DNA of 43,193 nucleotides, taken from Octopus sinensis (taxonomy: Eukaryota). Each line of letters opens with the position of its first letter. The first letter of the stretch is position 1. This document shows, piece after piece, positions 1 to 12,132 of the stretch. The position numbers were made by a program, and so were the translations under genes. The notes under the pieces are model-generated. The model was not told where the DNA came from, did not search any database, and worked only from the letters and a program-made list of their open reading frames with translations. The stretch is taken from assembly GCF_006345805.1 (NCBI RefSeq), contig NW_021835047.1, positions 1 through 43,193 on the forward strand. The letters are read 5' to 3'.

Positions 1-215
1 CAACGAAAGCCTTGGGCATCTTTTTGAATTCCATATGACAAGCACTTGCGGCTTTGCTTACAAAATCAAAATACAAACCCAGCGTCCTTGACTTTCGGAA
101 ACATTTTTTCACGCTCAGAATTGTTGAAGCATGGAAGAAACTACCCGATTCAGTCATTAGGTGCCCAGACACAACATCCTGCAAAACTTCCATGCTTCCT
201 GAAATCTGGCAATAG
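1..215 (+). mobile_element. 3' end fragment of a CR1-group LINE (ORF2 C-terminus, decayed)
   Basis: From 93 reads FRKHFFTLRIVEAWKKLPDSVI, matching the CR1/L2 ORF2 terminal motif (RKxFFxxRVVxxWNxLP). Confidence 0.7.
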
Positions 216-377
216 TACACCTAATGGCTTTTTTTCTCTTAATTGTAGTGCATCTGAACATTGTATACAACAATTTATTTTTTCTTTTCTTTTCTTTCAC
301 GTATGGATGTAAAAGGGAGAATACAGAGAAATTCTAGAAAATGTTAATCCAGAATTTACATGTAATACGTGAAACAA

Positions 378-706
378 TATTTCGTTTTGGGATTTGGTTT
401 GCAAGATTCTTTATATAATTTCGTGTGTTGAAGCATATTCTGTTGTGTCTGGGAGAGTCATTTTTTTTTTGTGGCTTATAATTTAACGCACTCACCGGTA
501 AAATTTCCACGTATTTCTTATTTTTATTTTCATAAAATGTTCGTTGCGTCTTGCAACGTTTTCCATAGTCTTGACTATTGAACAGGTTGCAAGACGCAAC
601 GAAAATTTTAGGAAAATTAAAAATAGGAAAAACGTGGAAATTTTACCGGTGAGTGTGTTACATAAGACACAAAAAAAATGACTCTCCCCAGACACAACAG
701 AATGTG
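378..706. mobile_element. Fold-back repeat, probable Penelope-like pseudo-LTR with degenerate hammerhead motif
   Basis: 437-570 and 573-703 are imperfect inverted copies. 575-611 reads CTA TTGAACA G GTTGC aagac GCAAC GAAA ATTT TAG. The same family recurs at 3131-3400 and ~7340-7440. Confidence 0.6.
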
Positions 707-775
707 AGACAATGTAATGCTTTCTAGATTTGGATTTGTTAATCACCAAAAATCGCAGGTGTTGAGGGGAGAGAG

Positions 776-1000
776 ATGGCGACTATGAGGATGATCTTTT
801 GCTGCGGACGACTGATAAGTATGTTTGCTCTGTCTGTGGAAAAATTAGACTTGCAATGGCCAGACACTGTAATACTTGTTATCAGCTGGATAAAAGCCAC
901 AGTTTTTGTTTTCAGAGTCATATTTGTGAAAAAACAGGTAGCTCTGGGATCGGACTTAAGATGAACTTGCGTACCCGTGGCTCTGGTATACATCGATGAC
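776..1000 (+). pseudogene. Degenerate C2H2-like zinc-finger stretch, possibly a LINE (RTE/RTE-X-like) C-terminus
   Basis: ORF 799-999 contains YVCSVCGKIRLAMARH and HICEKTGSSGIGLKMNLRTRG; no TGEKP linker. Confidence 0.3.
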
Positions 1001-1051
1001 TTTTGAAGAGATGGTTATATTTTGAAAAGAAGCGACAATTATCATTATTAT

Positions 1052-1470
1052 AGGCGCAGGAGTGGCTGTGTGGTAAGTAGCTTGCTAACCAACCACATGG
1101 TTCCGGGTTCAGTACCACTGCGTGGCATCTTGGGCAAGTGTCTTCTGTTATAGCCCCGGGCCGACCAATGCTTTGTGAGTGGATTTGGTAGACGGAAACT
1201 GAAAGAAGCCTCTCGTATATATGTATATATATATGTGTGTGTGTATATGTTTGTGTGTCTGTGTTTGTCCCCCTAGCATTGCTTGACAACCGATGCTGGT
1301 GTGTTTACGTTCCCGTCACCTAGCGGTTCGGCAAAAAGAGACCGATAGAATAAGTACTGGGCTTACAAAGAATAAGTGCCGGGGTCGATTTGCTCGACTA
1401 AAGGCGGTGCTCCAGCATGGCCGCAGTCAAATGACTGAAACAAGTAAAAGAGTAAAAGAGTAAAAGAGAG
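1052..1470 (+). mobile_element. tRNA-derived SINE family A, full length
   Basis: Head AGGCGCAGGAGTGGCTGTGTGG with A-box-like TGGCTGTGTGG and B-box-like GGTTCAGTACC, CORE-like CTTGGGCAAGTG, internal (TA)/(GT) tract, (GTAAAAGA)n tail. Near-identical copies at 7886 and 21190. Confidence 0.9.
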
Positions 1471-2020
1471 TATATAAACAAAGGTGGGAAGAAAGTTGTA
1501 TAACAGCGGTCTTACTGTAGCCGTATTTGTTTGATGTTTTCGGAAATGAAAGCCACGTCAGTCTCAATCGCCCCCTGACGGCCCTAAGCGTAAATCCATT
1601 TATCACATGCAGGTGGTCGTCTTCAGATGCCAGAACAGAAACAGCCAATTTCCTGTTTTGCTATTATTCTATCTTTGTGTATTAGTGTGTGTATGTGGGA
1701 TTTTTTTTTTTTTTGGTTGTTAAGTGTAATGGCAGAATATTTTGTGATATAAGATTTAACCCTCTAGTAATGCCTGTTTGAGTCGATTTAAACTGGAACA
1801 GACGTTATCAGGAACACTTGGTGACAGTTGGAACTATGAAAGGAAGATGCTGCTGAAGATAGGGACAGAAGATACTCGATTGCCTTACTATTTCTCTACA
1901 GACAAAACAACCAAAAGCCTGCTAAGCTGTGTATGGTGGAGGAAGTGCGCGAGGTTCGTGATTACCAACGCCTGTAAGCATGACGCACCAAAAAAGGAAA
2001 AAACAGCAAAAGAATAATAA

Positions 2021-2072
<52 letters not shown>

Positions 2073-2073
<1 letters not shown>

Positions 2074-2625
2074 GCCCTGATGCAGTACAAGGCAATGGCT
2101 CTCATGGCTTCTGATCTTAACTGATTGGAAGTGTTATCATGTACATTGTTTTGTCTTCGTATAAAAGATGGGTTGCAGCAAATATTCTGCTCAATACCAC
2201 AGATTTGCTTGTCAGTTGTTTGACCTTAACCAGTTGAGCATGTCCCTTAGTGGCTGACGATATGTGCATCTCTGATCACGAGCAGAAGTAGTGGGGGAGC
2301 ATCATAGCTGTGTATTGAAAGGGATTCTTTGGGGTTTGAATAATTCACCTTTGGAAACATGGGTGTTTCTTTCAACATCCTTAAACAACCCTTATTCAGG
2401 GACCTTTTGAGCAGGATGGGTTACTCAACCTGAAGAAAATTCTAACTGGGCCCCACCTGCAAGGTCATGCGCTGTCTATCTTGATATGAGATCACCATGT
2501 CGCGCACATATGGTTGTGATGCATGTGCCTGGTGTACCCTTATCAGACGGGTAGTCATGATGGGTATATTGGGCTTCGTATATTTTACCCCAGTGTCACT
2601 TTGATGGCATGAACTGCTCTCTCAC
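2073..2625 (+). mobile_element. ~550 bp non-coding element embedded in (TAA)n
   Basis: Complex, higher-GC sequence bounded by (TAA)n on both sides (2019-2072 and 2626 onward). No ORF. Single copy here; recalled as a common octopus repeat, not verified. Confidence 0.5.
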
Positions 2626-2688
2626 ATAATAATAATAATAATTATTATTATTATTATAACAATGATGTTGAGGATAATAATGTGATAA

Positions 2689-2962
2689 ATACGAAGGTTG
2701 TGGTCAATGAAGAGAGTAGACGTGATACCAACAGTAATTGGTGTACTTGGAAGTATCAGCACCCAACTACCAGTATGGCTAAAAAAGATCGGTGCAAATG
2801 TGAAGGTAGAACACCTACAAAAATCAGCATTGCTTGGAACTGCAAGAATTCTTCGCAGGGTTCTTGAAGCATGACCAGTAAACAAGTGTCACCTTAGTCT
2901 GCTGGCTGTGAACAGCTAATACTTTCTATCATACCCAGTAAAATAAGCTGTGAGTTTTCATA
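2689..2962 (+). mobile_element. 5'-truncated R4/Dong-like non-LTR retrotransposon (RLE C-terminus plus 3' UTR)
   Basis: 2689-2874 translates IRRLWSMKRVDVIPTVIGVLGSISTQLPVWLKKIGANVKVEHLQKSALLGTARILRRVLEA*, typical of the end of the restriction-like endonuclease domain. It is followed by a short UTR and a (TAA/TGA)n tail. Confidence 0.8.
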
Positions 2963-2996
2963 TAATAATAATAATGATGATGATGATGATGATGAT

Positions 2997-3042
<46 letters not shown>

Positions 3043-3130
3043 AATAATGATAATAATGATAATAATAATAATGATAATAATGATAATAATAATAATCATA
3101 ATAATAATAATAATAATAATGATAATAATT
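2960..3130. repeat. Compound (TAA)n/(TGA)n microsatellite
   Basis: Direct reading. Confidence 0.95.
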
Positions 3131-3400
3131 ATTTCGTTTTTTGGGATTTGGTTTGCAAGATTCTTGATGTGAGTTTGTGAGTTGAAGCATATTTTGTTTT
3201 GTATGGGGAGAGTCATTCTCTTTTTGTGCCTTATTATTTAACACACTCACTGGTAAAGTTTCAACTCGTTTACTTATTTCCTTCTCCTAAAATTTTCGTT
3301 GCGTCTTGTAACCTTTTTAATTGTCGTTGAGTGGAAACTTTACGGGTGAGTGTATTAAACAATAGGGCACTAAAAGAGAATGACTCTTCCCAAAGACGAC
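3131..3400. mobile_element. Second copy of the 378-706 fold-back family
   Basis: Shares TTTCGTTTT..GGGATTTGGTTTGCAAGATTCT and AAAATTTTCGTTGCGTCTTG. ~3205-3265 is inverted relative to ~3330-3392. Confidence 0.7.
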
Positions 3401-3476
3401 AAATAGTAGTAATAAGAGCAAAATCACCACCACCACCACCACCACCAACAACAACAACAATAATAATGATGATGAC

Positions 3477-3515
<39 letters not shown>

Positions 3516-4035
3516 AATAATATCAGAAGAAGAAGGAGGAGGAGGAGGAGGAGAAGAAGAAGCAGAAGAAGAGGAAGTAGAAGAAGTGGAAGAAGAAAAA
3601 GGAGAAGGAGTGGAAGAAGAAGAAGAAGAAGAGGAGAAGGAGGAGGAGAGGGAGAAGGAGAAGAAGGAGAAGAAGAAGAAGAAGAAGAGGAGGAGGAAGA
3701 AGAAGAAGGAGAAGAAAAAGAAGGAAAGGAAGAAGAAAAAGAAGTAAAGGAAGAAGCAGAAGAGGAAGGAGAAGGAGAAGTAGAAGAAGAAGAAGAAGAA
3801 GAAGAAGGAGAAAAAGAAAGAGAAGAAGAAGAAGGAGGAGGAGAAGAAGAAGGAGAAGAAAAGAAAAAGAAGCTGAAGAAGAAGGAAAAGGAGAAAAAGG
3901 AGAAAAAAAAAGAAGAAAAAGGAAAAGAAGAAGAGGAGAGTAAGAAGAGAAGAAGAAGAAGAAGAAGAAGAAGAAGAACAACAACAACAACACAACAACA
4001 ACAACAACAAGGTCAGCAACTGCATGAGCAGCAAC
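3400..4035. repeat. Compound trinucleotide / polypurine tract (CCA, CAA, TAA, TGA, GGA, GAA)n
   Basis: Direct reading; ~3525-3975 is nearly pure purine on +. Confidence 0.95.
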
Positions 4036-4568
4036 AATCGTGTGTGCTCTTAGTTGCAACTGGTGGAATTGCATTATAGTACTTCACTTATCATATACTA
4101 TGCTAGTATTTGGTAGAATTTGATTCTTAAAAGAAGTATTTGCTCTCCGACTTTAGTCGTCAGATGTCCTTCTCTTTGGCACACATCGTGAAACGTCCTG
4201 AAATTAGTTTTATTACTTATCATTCGCAGAACAAATTTCTTTCTCTTTTTTTTGGCTAACATTATGTCTTTTTTCTTTTTTTCTTTGTTACTTCGAAATC
4301 TTTCTTTCTTATTGAATAGTTTTCAGTAGAAACGAAAAATAAAATAAAGAATAACTTAAAAAAAATATCAATCAAAAATTAATACTACAAATCTAATAAA
4401 AAAAATCAACATATGTTAAGCTGTTTTGATTTATCTGTAAAACTAAAATGTCGACTGGTTTTTTTAACTCAGTTCCGACAAATCAACTAAACCGGAGAGG
4501 TTAAAGAAATGTAGAATATTTTTAGATTGGTTTGGCAGAAGATAAAGCAAATGTTTCTTTGTTTTGAG

Positions 4569-4569
<1 letters not shown>

Positions 4570-4605
<36 letters not shown>

Positions 4606-4746
4606 TATTATTATTATTATTATCATTATTATTATTATTATTATCATTATAATTATTACATTTACTATTATTATTATTACTATTACTATTATTATTATTA
4701 CTATTATTATTATTATTATTACTATTATTATTATTGTTATTATTGC

Positions 4747-4777
<31 letters not shown>

Positions 4778-4950
4778 GTTATTATTATTATTATCATTAT
4801 TATTATTATCATTATTATTATCATTATTATATTATTATTATTATTATTATTATCATTATTATTATTATTAATATCATTATTATTATTATTATTTTCATTA
4901 TTATTATTACTATTACTATTATATTATTACTGTTGTTGGTGTTGTTGTTA

Positions 4951-4985
<35 letters not shown>
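4570..4985. repeat. (TAT)n microsatellite, degenerate
   Basis: Direct reading. Confidence 0.95.
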
Positions 4986-4987
<2 letters not shown>

Positions 4988-5249
4988 TACTGCTACCACC
5001 TAATTTTTTCTTTCTTGCTGAGATATGTGTTTCTGTTCTTTTTTGCTAACGTTGCTCTTGTTAATGTCGCTGCTAATATTGTAGTTGAAAATATTGTCGT
5101 CATTGCAGCGTGTTAAAACTTTCACAAAGTGGCTTTCATGACTAGTAAATGTCATTACTTATCGCATTTAATATTGTAAACTGTAGCGACGAATAAGTCA
5201 GCATTTTAAAATTCAAAGCGTAAAATGCAGTATATTGATGAAAATAAGA

Positions 5250-5295
5250 GAGAAGTATATATATATATATATAATAAGGGAAGTATGTTAATATG

Positions 5296-5340
<45 letters not shown>

Positions 5341-5430
5341 TATATATATATATATATCAAATAAGAGAAGTATGTATATATATATATATATATATATAAC
5401 ATAAGTGAAGTATATATATATATATAATAG
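5250..5430. repeat. (TA)n-rich tract
   Basis: Direct reading. Confidence 0.9.
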
Positions 5431-6689
5431 AAACTTGAAAGCGTACAAGCATATAGAAAAGAAAAGAAAAAGGACAAAAACGCCACAAACAATGGCGTAA
5501 GACCATAAACGTTGTTGCATAAAATGTCAATTTCTTCTACAAGAAAAGTATAATTTCTGTAAGAAACGAAACACCTAAATAACTTGGTAATTCGCATATT
5601 AACCCTATTGTTCGTACGTACGACCTATTCTTATTTAAGATTTACGTGACATTTAAGCAAATCGTAAAATTTTGGTCAGGAAATAACTAAAATAGACGGA
5701 GTTATAACTTACGTGGAATGAAAGAGCTAGAGGTAAATTTCTCTTTAGTTAGAAAACTAGTTTATACCAGACAGACCGAATACTTGAAAGTGAGAAATGG
5801 CTTCCTCTTTGGCTTGGCAACTAACTTTCATCAAATATAGATGCAACCAGTGTTTATAAGTTAGATAAACTATCGAAATTACAGTTTATTGATCTTATTT
5901 AAGAACATAATGTGTATCCGAACAAAAATTTTGGACGCCATCTATCAATAATTAATGATACGAATGTTTTGTGTAATAAATGTATTTATTTCAATACTTG
6001 TGCACTTAGCAAAGTTTTGGAGATCTTCTCTAGTTTGTCGTAGACCGTTGGTTCTTTTGTGCTGTCACTGCTTTCTATAATTTGTTGCGCTTTCTTTGTG
6101 CACATCTTAGTAAACACATTCGTGGTCAGTGTATGGTTATAATTAGCTATTTGCGACGGAGACAGCCTTCGTAATGAATATCAATCAGCGCATCCTAGTT
6201 GGTAGCGCTGAACGCCGTAGACTGAGGAAAACGTCCTCAACAACCTTCTCGCACGGGAGCCATATGCTATGAAAGGCACAGATTAAATCGGCTGGTGAAA
6301 CGTCGCCATCACCGATGTATATCACTGTTGTATCACGTGATACCATTGTAAATGGCAAATCATCAGCCACAGGCAACCAAGGGCTGAATACCAGATCGAA
6401 AAATCAGACAAACTAATATAGTTTAATACTGACTAAACAGTCAATGATGTCGCAAAACGTTGACGAGCTGTGTATTAATTAACTATTAGCAATTGAAACA
6501 TTTTTGATAAATATCTATTAGCACATCCAACTTAAGTTGGAGGGTGTTATTTGGATGCTGTAGACTGCGGTAATCGTTCTGAGAAACCAACTTACGGTTA
6601 TAGTTATTGTTGTCGTTGTTTTTCTTTAATCTGAAGTCATCCCTGTTGAAGAAGATCCGTAATCAAAGCTATGGTAATCATGATCACCC

Positions 6690-7090
6690 TCTCTTATTTC
6701 AGCAATATTGTTCGCAGCTTATTCTTGTCCAGATGTCCCTTTTATCTTGCAGATAATAGGGTGTGACTTAAGAGAAATTTGTCTGCTATTTGTTGCAAAT
6801 CGAATTGCAACAGAGAGTTGCCTGTGTTGCCTAGATCAACTGCGAGGGTTCAGATATCTCGATATAGGTGTTAATAATCTCCACTATCTGAATTTTTCCT
6901 CCAGAGTTCCTGAAAGGTTTTGGTCTTTATGTTCTGAGAATTTTGTCCGTTTGAACCTTAGAAGTGTTCCGCTGAAGGTCTCTTCTCAATCACAGCCAAC
7001 GTCAGAGACTTCATCTCTCTTGCCTATCCTATCTCCTTGGTATCTTTTATCAGTTTCCTGGGGTCCAAACCAATATTATGCAGAAAAATA
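6690..7090 (-). mobile_element. Possible decayed LINE ORF2 C-terminal fragment
   Basis: One minus frame with several stops reads ...FQELWRKNSDSGDY*HLY... and LGNTGNSLLQFDLQQI, loosely like the post-RNase H region of I/Nimb-type ORF2. Confidence 0.25.
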
Positions 7091-7885
7091 ATGCTCTGAT
7101 TCAGTCGGAAAGTCGATTCAGCTGATTTGAGTAAGGAATGAGTCTACGTGTTATCATTTGAGAAGTACCTCGTTAACGAGTTCTGATATTTGGTTGTCTT
7201 GTGAGAATTATTGAGTCTGTTCTACCTGGTCACTGGGTTTTATTTCCTCAAGAACCACTGTGCTCTTACTGTTATAACTAATACAAACGTTATTAGTCAT
7301 GAATCACCCCATTGCAATAACGTACACAATTCTTACTACGTTTTTGCATTTGGTTCGATAGATTCTTGATGTGAATTCGTGTGTTGAAACATATCATGAG
7401 AGGGTCATTGCGCCAATGATAATAAACACTCGCACTGGTTTAATATCACTTCTTAAAAGCATCCCAAGACATAATAAGTGCAACATTTCATTATTTGGTA
7501 TTTAATCTTGAGATGGCGTTAGTTGTATTAATTCTTACCGCATTCAAGACTATTCTCAACGAGAACAGGTTAGTACAAAAGCCAAGACTATGTTTTCCAG
7601 CTGTTACTGTCACTATTTATACTCCTAAGATGCGTCTTGAAGCGTGGTTATTACAGGTGAACGTCATAAGTAGTGCAGTACACTTGAGATGGTAAAAAAC
7701 ACGTTGTCTTCTATAAGCAAGCTGCTGTACGTGCGTCGCTGCTGAATTTGATTGTATTCTCAGCTTACAACCTTTCCACCGTAGTCTCACTACTAATCAC
7801 TTTGCTAAACGCAAACACACAATCGTTAACACGTGCGTCTTACACTGTTCAACAACAAGTATCCAAAGCAACAAAGCAACAGTAT

Positions 7886-8284
7886 AGGCGCAGGAGTGGC
7901 TGTGTGGTAAGTAGCTTGCTAACCAACCACATGGTTCCGGGTTCAGTCCCACTGCGTGGCATCTTGGGAAAGTGTCTTCTGCTATAGCACCGGGCCGACC
8001 AGTGCCTTGTGAGTGGATTTGGTAGACGGAAACTGAAAGAAGCCCGTCGTATATATGTATGTATATATATATATATATGTGTGTGTGTGTATGTGTTGTG
8101 TGTCTGTGTTTGTCCTCCTAGCATTGCTTGACAACCGTCACTTAGCGGTTCGGCAAAAGAGACCGATAGAATAAGTACTGGGCTTACAAAGAATAAGTCC
8201 CGGGGTCGATTTGCTCGACTAAAGTTGGTGCTCCATCATGGCCGCAGTCAAATGACTGATACAAGTAAAAGAGAGTAAAAGAGT
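7886..8284 (+). mobile_element. SINE family A, full length with 13-bp TSD
   Basis: Same sequence as 1052-1470; TSD AAAGCAACAGTAT at 7873-7885 and 8285-8297. Confidence 0.95.
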
Positions 8285-8599
8285 AAAGCAACAGTATTAA
8301 AATTTTTAAAGACAACGATTGCTCTAATGGTGAATGCGACGACGATGTCGAAGCTGTGATTGTGACAATCAGTCTTTGAATATTGTTTCTGGGCAATTAT
8401 TTAATGCTGGATTATCCGAACTTGCAGGAGATGGAGAATTTAGATTTTAAACACGAGGCACAATAATTCCTTATAAACAATCAAGTGTCTTTGCCGAAGT
8501 CTAAGTGTCTTTATACAAATTACGGTGTCCAAACCTATGAGAAGAGGGTTTTGTGAGTGTTAGTTATGTGTGTGTGTGTGTGTAATGCTTAAATCATTC

Positions 8600-9012
8600 T
8601 TTTATCTTTTCTTCTTTCAATCACTGGATTGCGGCCATGCAGGGGCATCGCCTTAGAGGGTGTAATCGAACAAACCGACCTTTGTACTTAATTTTTATTT
8701 TAATTGTTTAATTGTAAAGTCTGAATATTATTCAAGTGGGCTCATTTGTCGAACCTCTATGTTTTGGGGGCGCAAAGAAAGTAATACCTGTTGTCAAGCG
8801 GTGTTGGGGAGACAAACACAAACTCAAGGACACATACACATGTATACACGACGGTCTTTTTATAGTTTCCGTCTAACACATCCTGTCTCAAGACTTCGGT
8901 CGTCCCAAAGCTATAGTAAAAAAAAATTGCCTAAGGTGCCGCGTAGTGGGACTGAACCCGGAGCCATGGGGGTTGGGAAGCAAAATTTTTACACACAACC
9001 AAGATTGCATGT
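8600..9012 (-). mobile_element. SINE family A, old degenerate copy
   Basis: Reverse complement matches the family A head (GGGACTGAACCCGGAGCCATG on +) and tail (GCGGCCATGC). Confidence 0.75.
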
Positions 9013-9369
9013 ATGCATGTAGTATATATTTTGAACTATATGAAGCACCTGTGTATGTAAGTCTTACTAACAAGTATATATGCATCGAGGAAGTCAGTTC
9101 CTTATGTTGCGTTTCGAAGTACTTTCTCCTCTTAAAAGGAATTAAATCCAATTTGATATAAAACTGTGAGCGTGTGCACTTTCTGGACGAACGCGCATTC
9201 GGAATAGTTTTAAAACCACTTCCACGTTATTGAAGATCATAAACTGAACGTATCTTAATAAACCGCTGAAGATAAAAACAACCCTCAAAACAAGAGCTTC
9301 TGTAATAGAAAATTTGCTACGAGATAGAATTATGCATGTTGATTTATATCGAGTATCACCTTCTACTCA

Positions 9370-9550
9370 CTCAACATAGAGATTTACGTGTGTACACGAT
9401 AAACTTCTGTCAGTTTATGTCTACTCACAGCGCTTTGCTCGACCCGGGGCTATTGTAGAATGCACTTGCTCAACTTGTCATGCAGTGTGACTGAACCTAG
9501 AACTATGTGATCGGAAAAAAAACGCTTCTTACCACAAAGCCACGCTTCAA
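9370..9550 (-). mobile_element. SINE family A 5' fragment
   Basis: CTTCTGTCAGTTTATGTCTACTCAC...GACCCGGGGCTATTGTAGAATGCACTTGCTC...GACTGAACCTAGAAC resembles the reverse complement of family A. Confidence 0.6.
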
Positions 9551-9743
9551 TAAATTATTTTAAAGAAATTGGTGATTTGAGAATGTGCTGATAAGATCAG
9601 AATTTTTTCATCTTAAATCTTGCGGTTACTTTAAATATTTTTTAAACTTAATCACGAATCTCTCGGGAAGTGCAAGAGGAAAATGAATGCTGAAACAAAG
9701 AGAGAAAAAACCATGCTTGAAAGCAAAATAAAACTATACAAAC

Positions 9744-9879
9744 CTTCACATGGTTTCTTAGTGTATTGTATTCCGATATTGTATTCGCTTTTCTTCTTTC
9801 TGCTACACTTGAAACCAGAATCAGGACAGGTTTTGCAATTTAAGTTCACAGAATTACAGACGTAATCGATTGGGTATTT
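9744..9879 (-). CDS. Candidate internal exon, cysteine-rich, product unknown
   Basis: Acceptor ttgtttgttagtagttctttag| and donor GAAG|gtttgt bound a 136-nt open frame KYPIDYVCNSVNLNCKTCPDSGFKCSRKKKSEYNIGIQYTKKPCE(G). No compatible partner exon found. Confidence 0.25.
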
Positions 9880-10860
9880 CTAAAGAACTACTAACAAACA
9901 AATAAGACTTTGAGAAGTTATTGATTACAAAATTATTGATTCTTTTTGATAATGCACGCTACTCCTGATTGTGAAGGGAAAAACACTGTAACAAAATGAA
10001 TTTAAACATAATAATATTGGGACCTCTGGTATCAGACCTAAATAAATAAAACTGATAATTCAACGATGATCGGATTTGAACAGACAAACTGAGTGAAAAG
10101 AACATCTAAAACCATTAATTTCAGTGCCTTTGTATCAGTAGCCAGGTCGCAGTTTGTGCGACCAAACGTAGACACAAAATAATGTTTACCTTAAGTTTAA
10201 TCTAGCAATTTTTGTTATGTGTGTGTTTTTTGATTGGCTTATTTGTATTTCAAAGCAAATACAACTCATAACAATTTGAAATCCAGTTGGTATGTTACTG
10301 GATCCAGTGCTTCCATCAGCTTCCTCAATATTCTTCTTGAAAGGACACGCACGTACAAGCACATAATATTTCATATGGCTGAACCTTCATGTTTAAATTC
10401 CGATTTTGTGTGTGTGTGCATGTGTGTGTACATATGCATGTGGGTATGTTGTGTGAATGTGTGTATCCATAATCTATTATATAAAATCCGTTCTGTCTGT
10501 GTGTTTGTGTGTGTGTGTCTTCTAGGATCTCGGGCATCCTCCATCCGATTGCGCTCAAATTTGATATGTAGATACCGACGGTATCAAGGCGTGTATAAGT
10601 CTTGAAAAAAGTACAAAAATCGATTCCTCGTGAGAATGCGATCGATAAAGCTGTGGGAAATCGTTTCTCTTTGGAATAGAAAAAAAGTCCATCTTTATTT
10701 CTTCTTTTGCTGGTGTCTCAAATTTAGGTTAAATCAGTGTTTCTCAAAGGGGAACTCTATGGGACGGTCGGACAAGTTGTTTTGAGAAAATTTGTTTTAA
10801 ATGTTTGACAACTCAGCACCGTCCATTGGACGGGGGGGGGGTTGCTCGTACATACATATA

Positions 10861-10862
10861 TG

Positions 10863-10925
<63 letters not shown>
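10861..10925. repeat. (CA)n microsatellite
   Basis: Direct reading. Confidence 0.95.
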
Positions 10926-10927
<2 letters not shown>

Positions 10928-11289
10928 CGTACGCGCATTTCCACATATCACATCCTTCTTATGTTCATAGTCTGTATATGTGGGACGCTTACACTACAGT
11001 TCTTAGTATCCATAGACATTGGATGGATCATATTCGTGTGTTCATTTCCTCAGGTGATATGGCATTACCGTCAGAAGCGAATGTATAACTTAATGTTATC
11101 AATTTTATCCGATAAAAACCTTGATTGGGTTATGTGGGCAGTTCTGTGTGTATTTGGTGGGGAGGAGTAGAAGATGATCGGAAAAGAGAAAGGAATGGTA
11201 ATTATAAAGGAGAGGGAGGTGAATGTGGTGATTAGTAGAAACGCGCGTAGCGATGCCTTAAAAAATATTTATAAATTCCATCCATAACG

Positions 11290-11460
11290 AGCTGGCACAA
11301 TCGTTAGCAGGTTGGATGAAATGATTAGCGGTATTTTTGAGTTCGAATTCTGCCGAGGTGACATTGCATTTTATTCTTTCGGGGTCGATAAATTAAGTAG
11401 CAGTAAAACACTATGGTCAATACAATCGACTAGTCCCCTCCCCCAAAATTGCAGGCCTTG
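11290..11460 (+). mobile_element. SINE family B, degenerate
   Basis: CGAGCTGGCACAATCGTTAGC...GAGTTCGAATTCTGCCGAGGTGAC...CTTTCGGGGTCGATAAATTAAGTA. Confidence 0.75.
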
Positions 11461-11993
11461 TACCTATAGTATAGGGGTATTATCATTACTATATGTACCT
11501 TACATCATATCGCCACAGCTCGGTGCAACCCCCCAAAAACTGCTACTGCCAGATGGCATCACCAGGCTGTAGTCGGCATAATAAAATGGGACCTTTTATA
11601 TGCATTCCCAAAAACGTTTCCCATAAACGAAATTAAAATATATATGTATGTATATACATACATACGTACACACATACATACACACACATACACACACACA
11701 CACAGATAATGGTGTCATAGTACATATAGAACAAAGAGAATAAGCGAAGGACAGAGGTATAACGTGTGGGGTTACGCAGATAGACAAAAGTTCAAAGTTC
11801 TAAACGTGATGAGAAAAACGTAAACTCATACAAAAGATAACAACAACAAAAGTTGTGCACAGAGGATTGTGGGTCGAATAGCGGGAAAGAAAAAAAGGTG
11901 ATCGACATTTCAGTTGAACCTCCATCAAAGCAGAGTAACAAGATAAAAGCAGCAAGAAAGGAAACGACATTTATTTGAAGCACAGAAACAAAG

Positions 11994-12027
<34 letters not shown>

Positions 12028-12059
12028 CTATGAAAGTACAAAACAATATATATGGTGTG

Positions 12060-12097
12060 TATATTGGTTGTATATATATATATTATATTATATGCAT

Positions 12098-12132
<35 letters not shown>

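Noticed and set aside
1427-1648. SVLASEDDHLHVI resembling an RT YADD motif
   Set aside because: The catalytic motif is not matched and no other RT motifs flank it.
3270-5049. Poly-amino-acid ORFs (E/K, F/L, Y/I runs)
   Set aside because: Trinucleotide microsatellites; no domain, splice or start context.
10186-10374. Minus ORF ending at an AG|GTAAAC donor as partner of the 9744-9879 exon
   Set aside because: Phases are incompatible (the join gives an early stop), and the donor abuts what looks like a repeat end at ~10000-10190.
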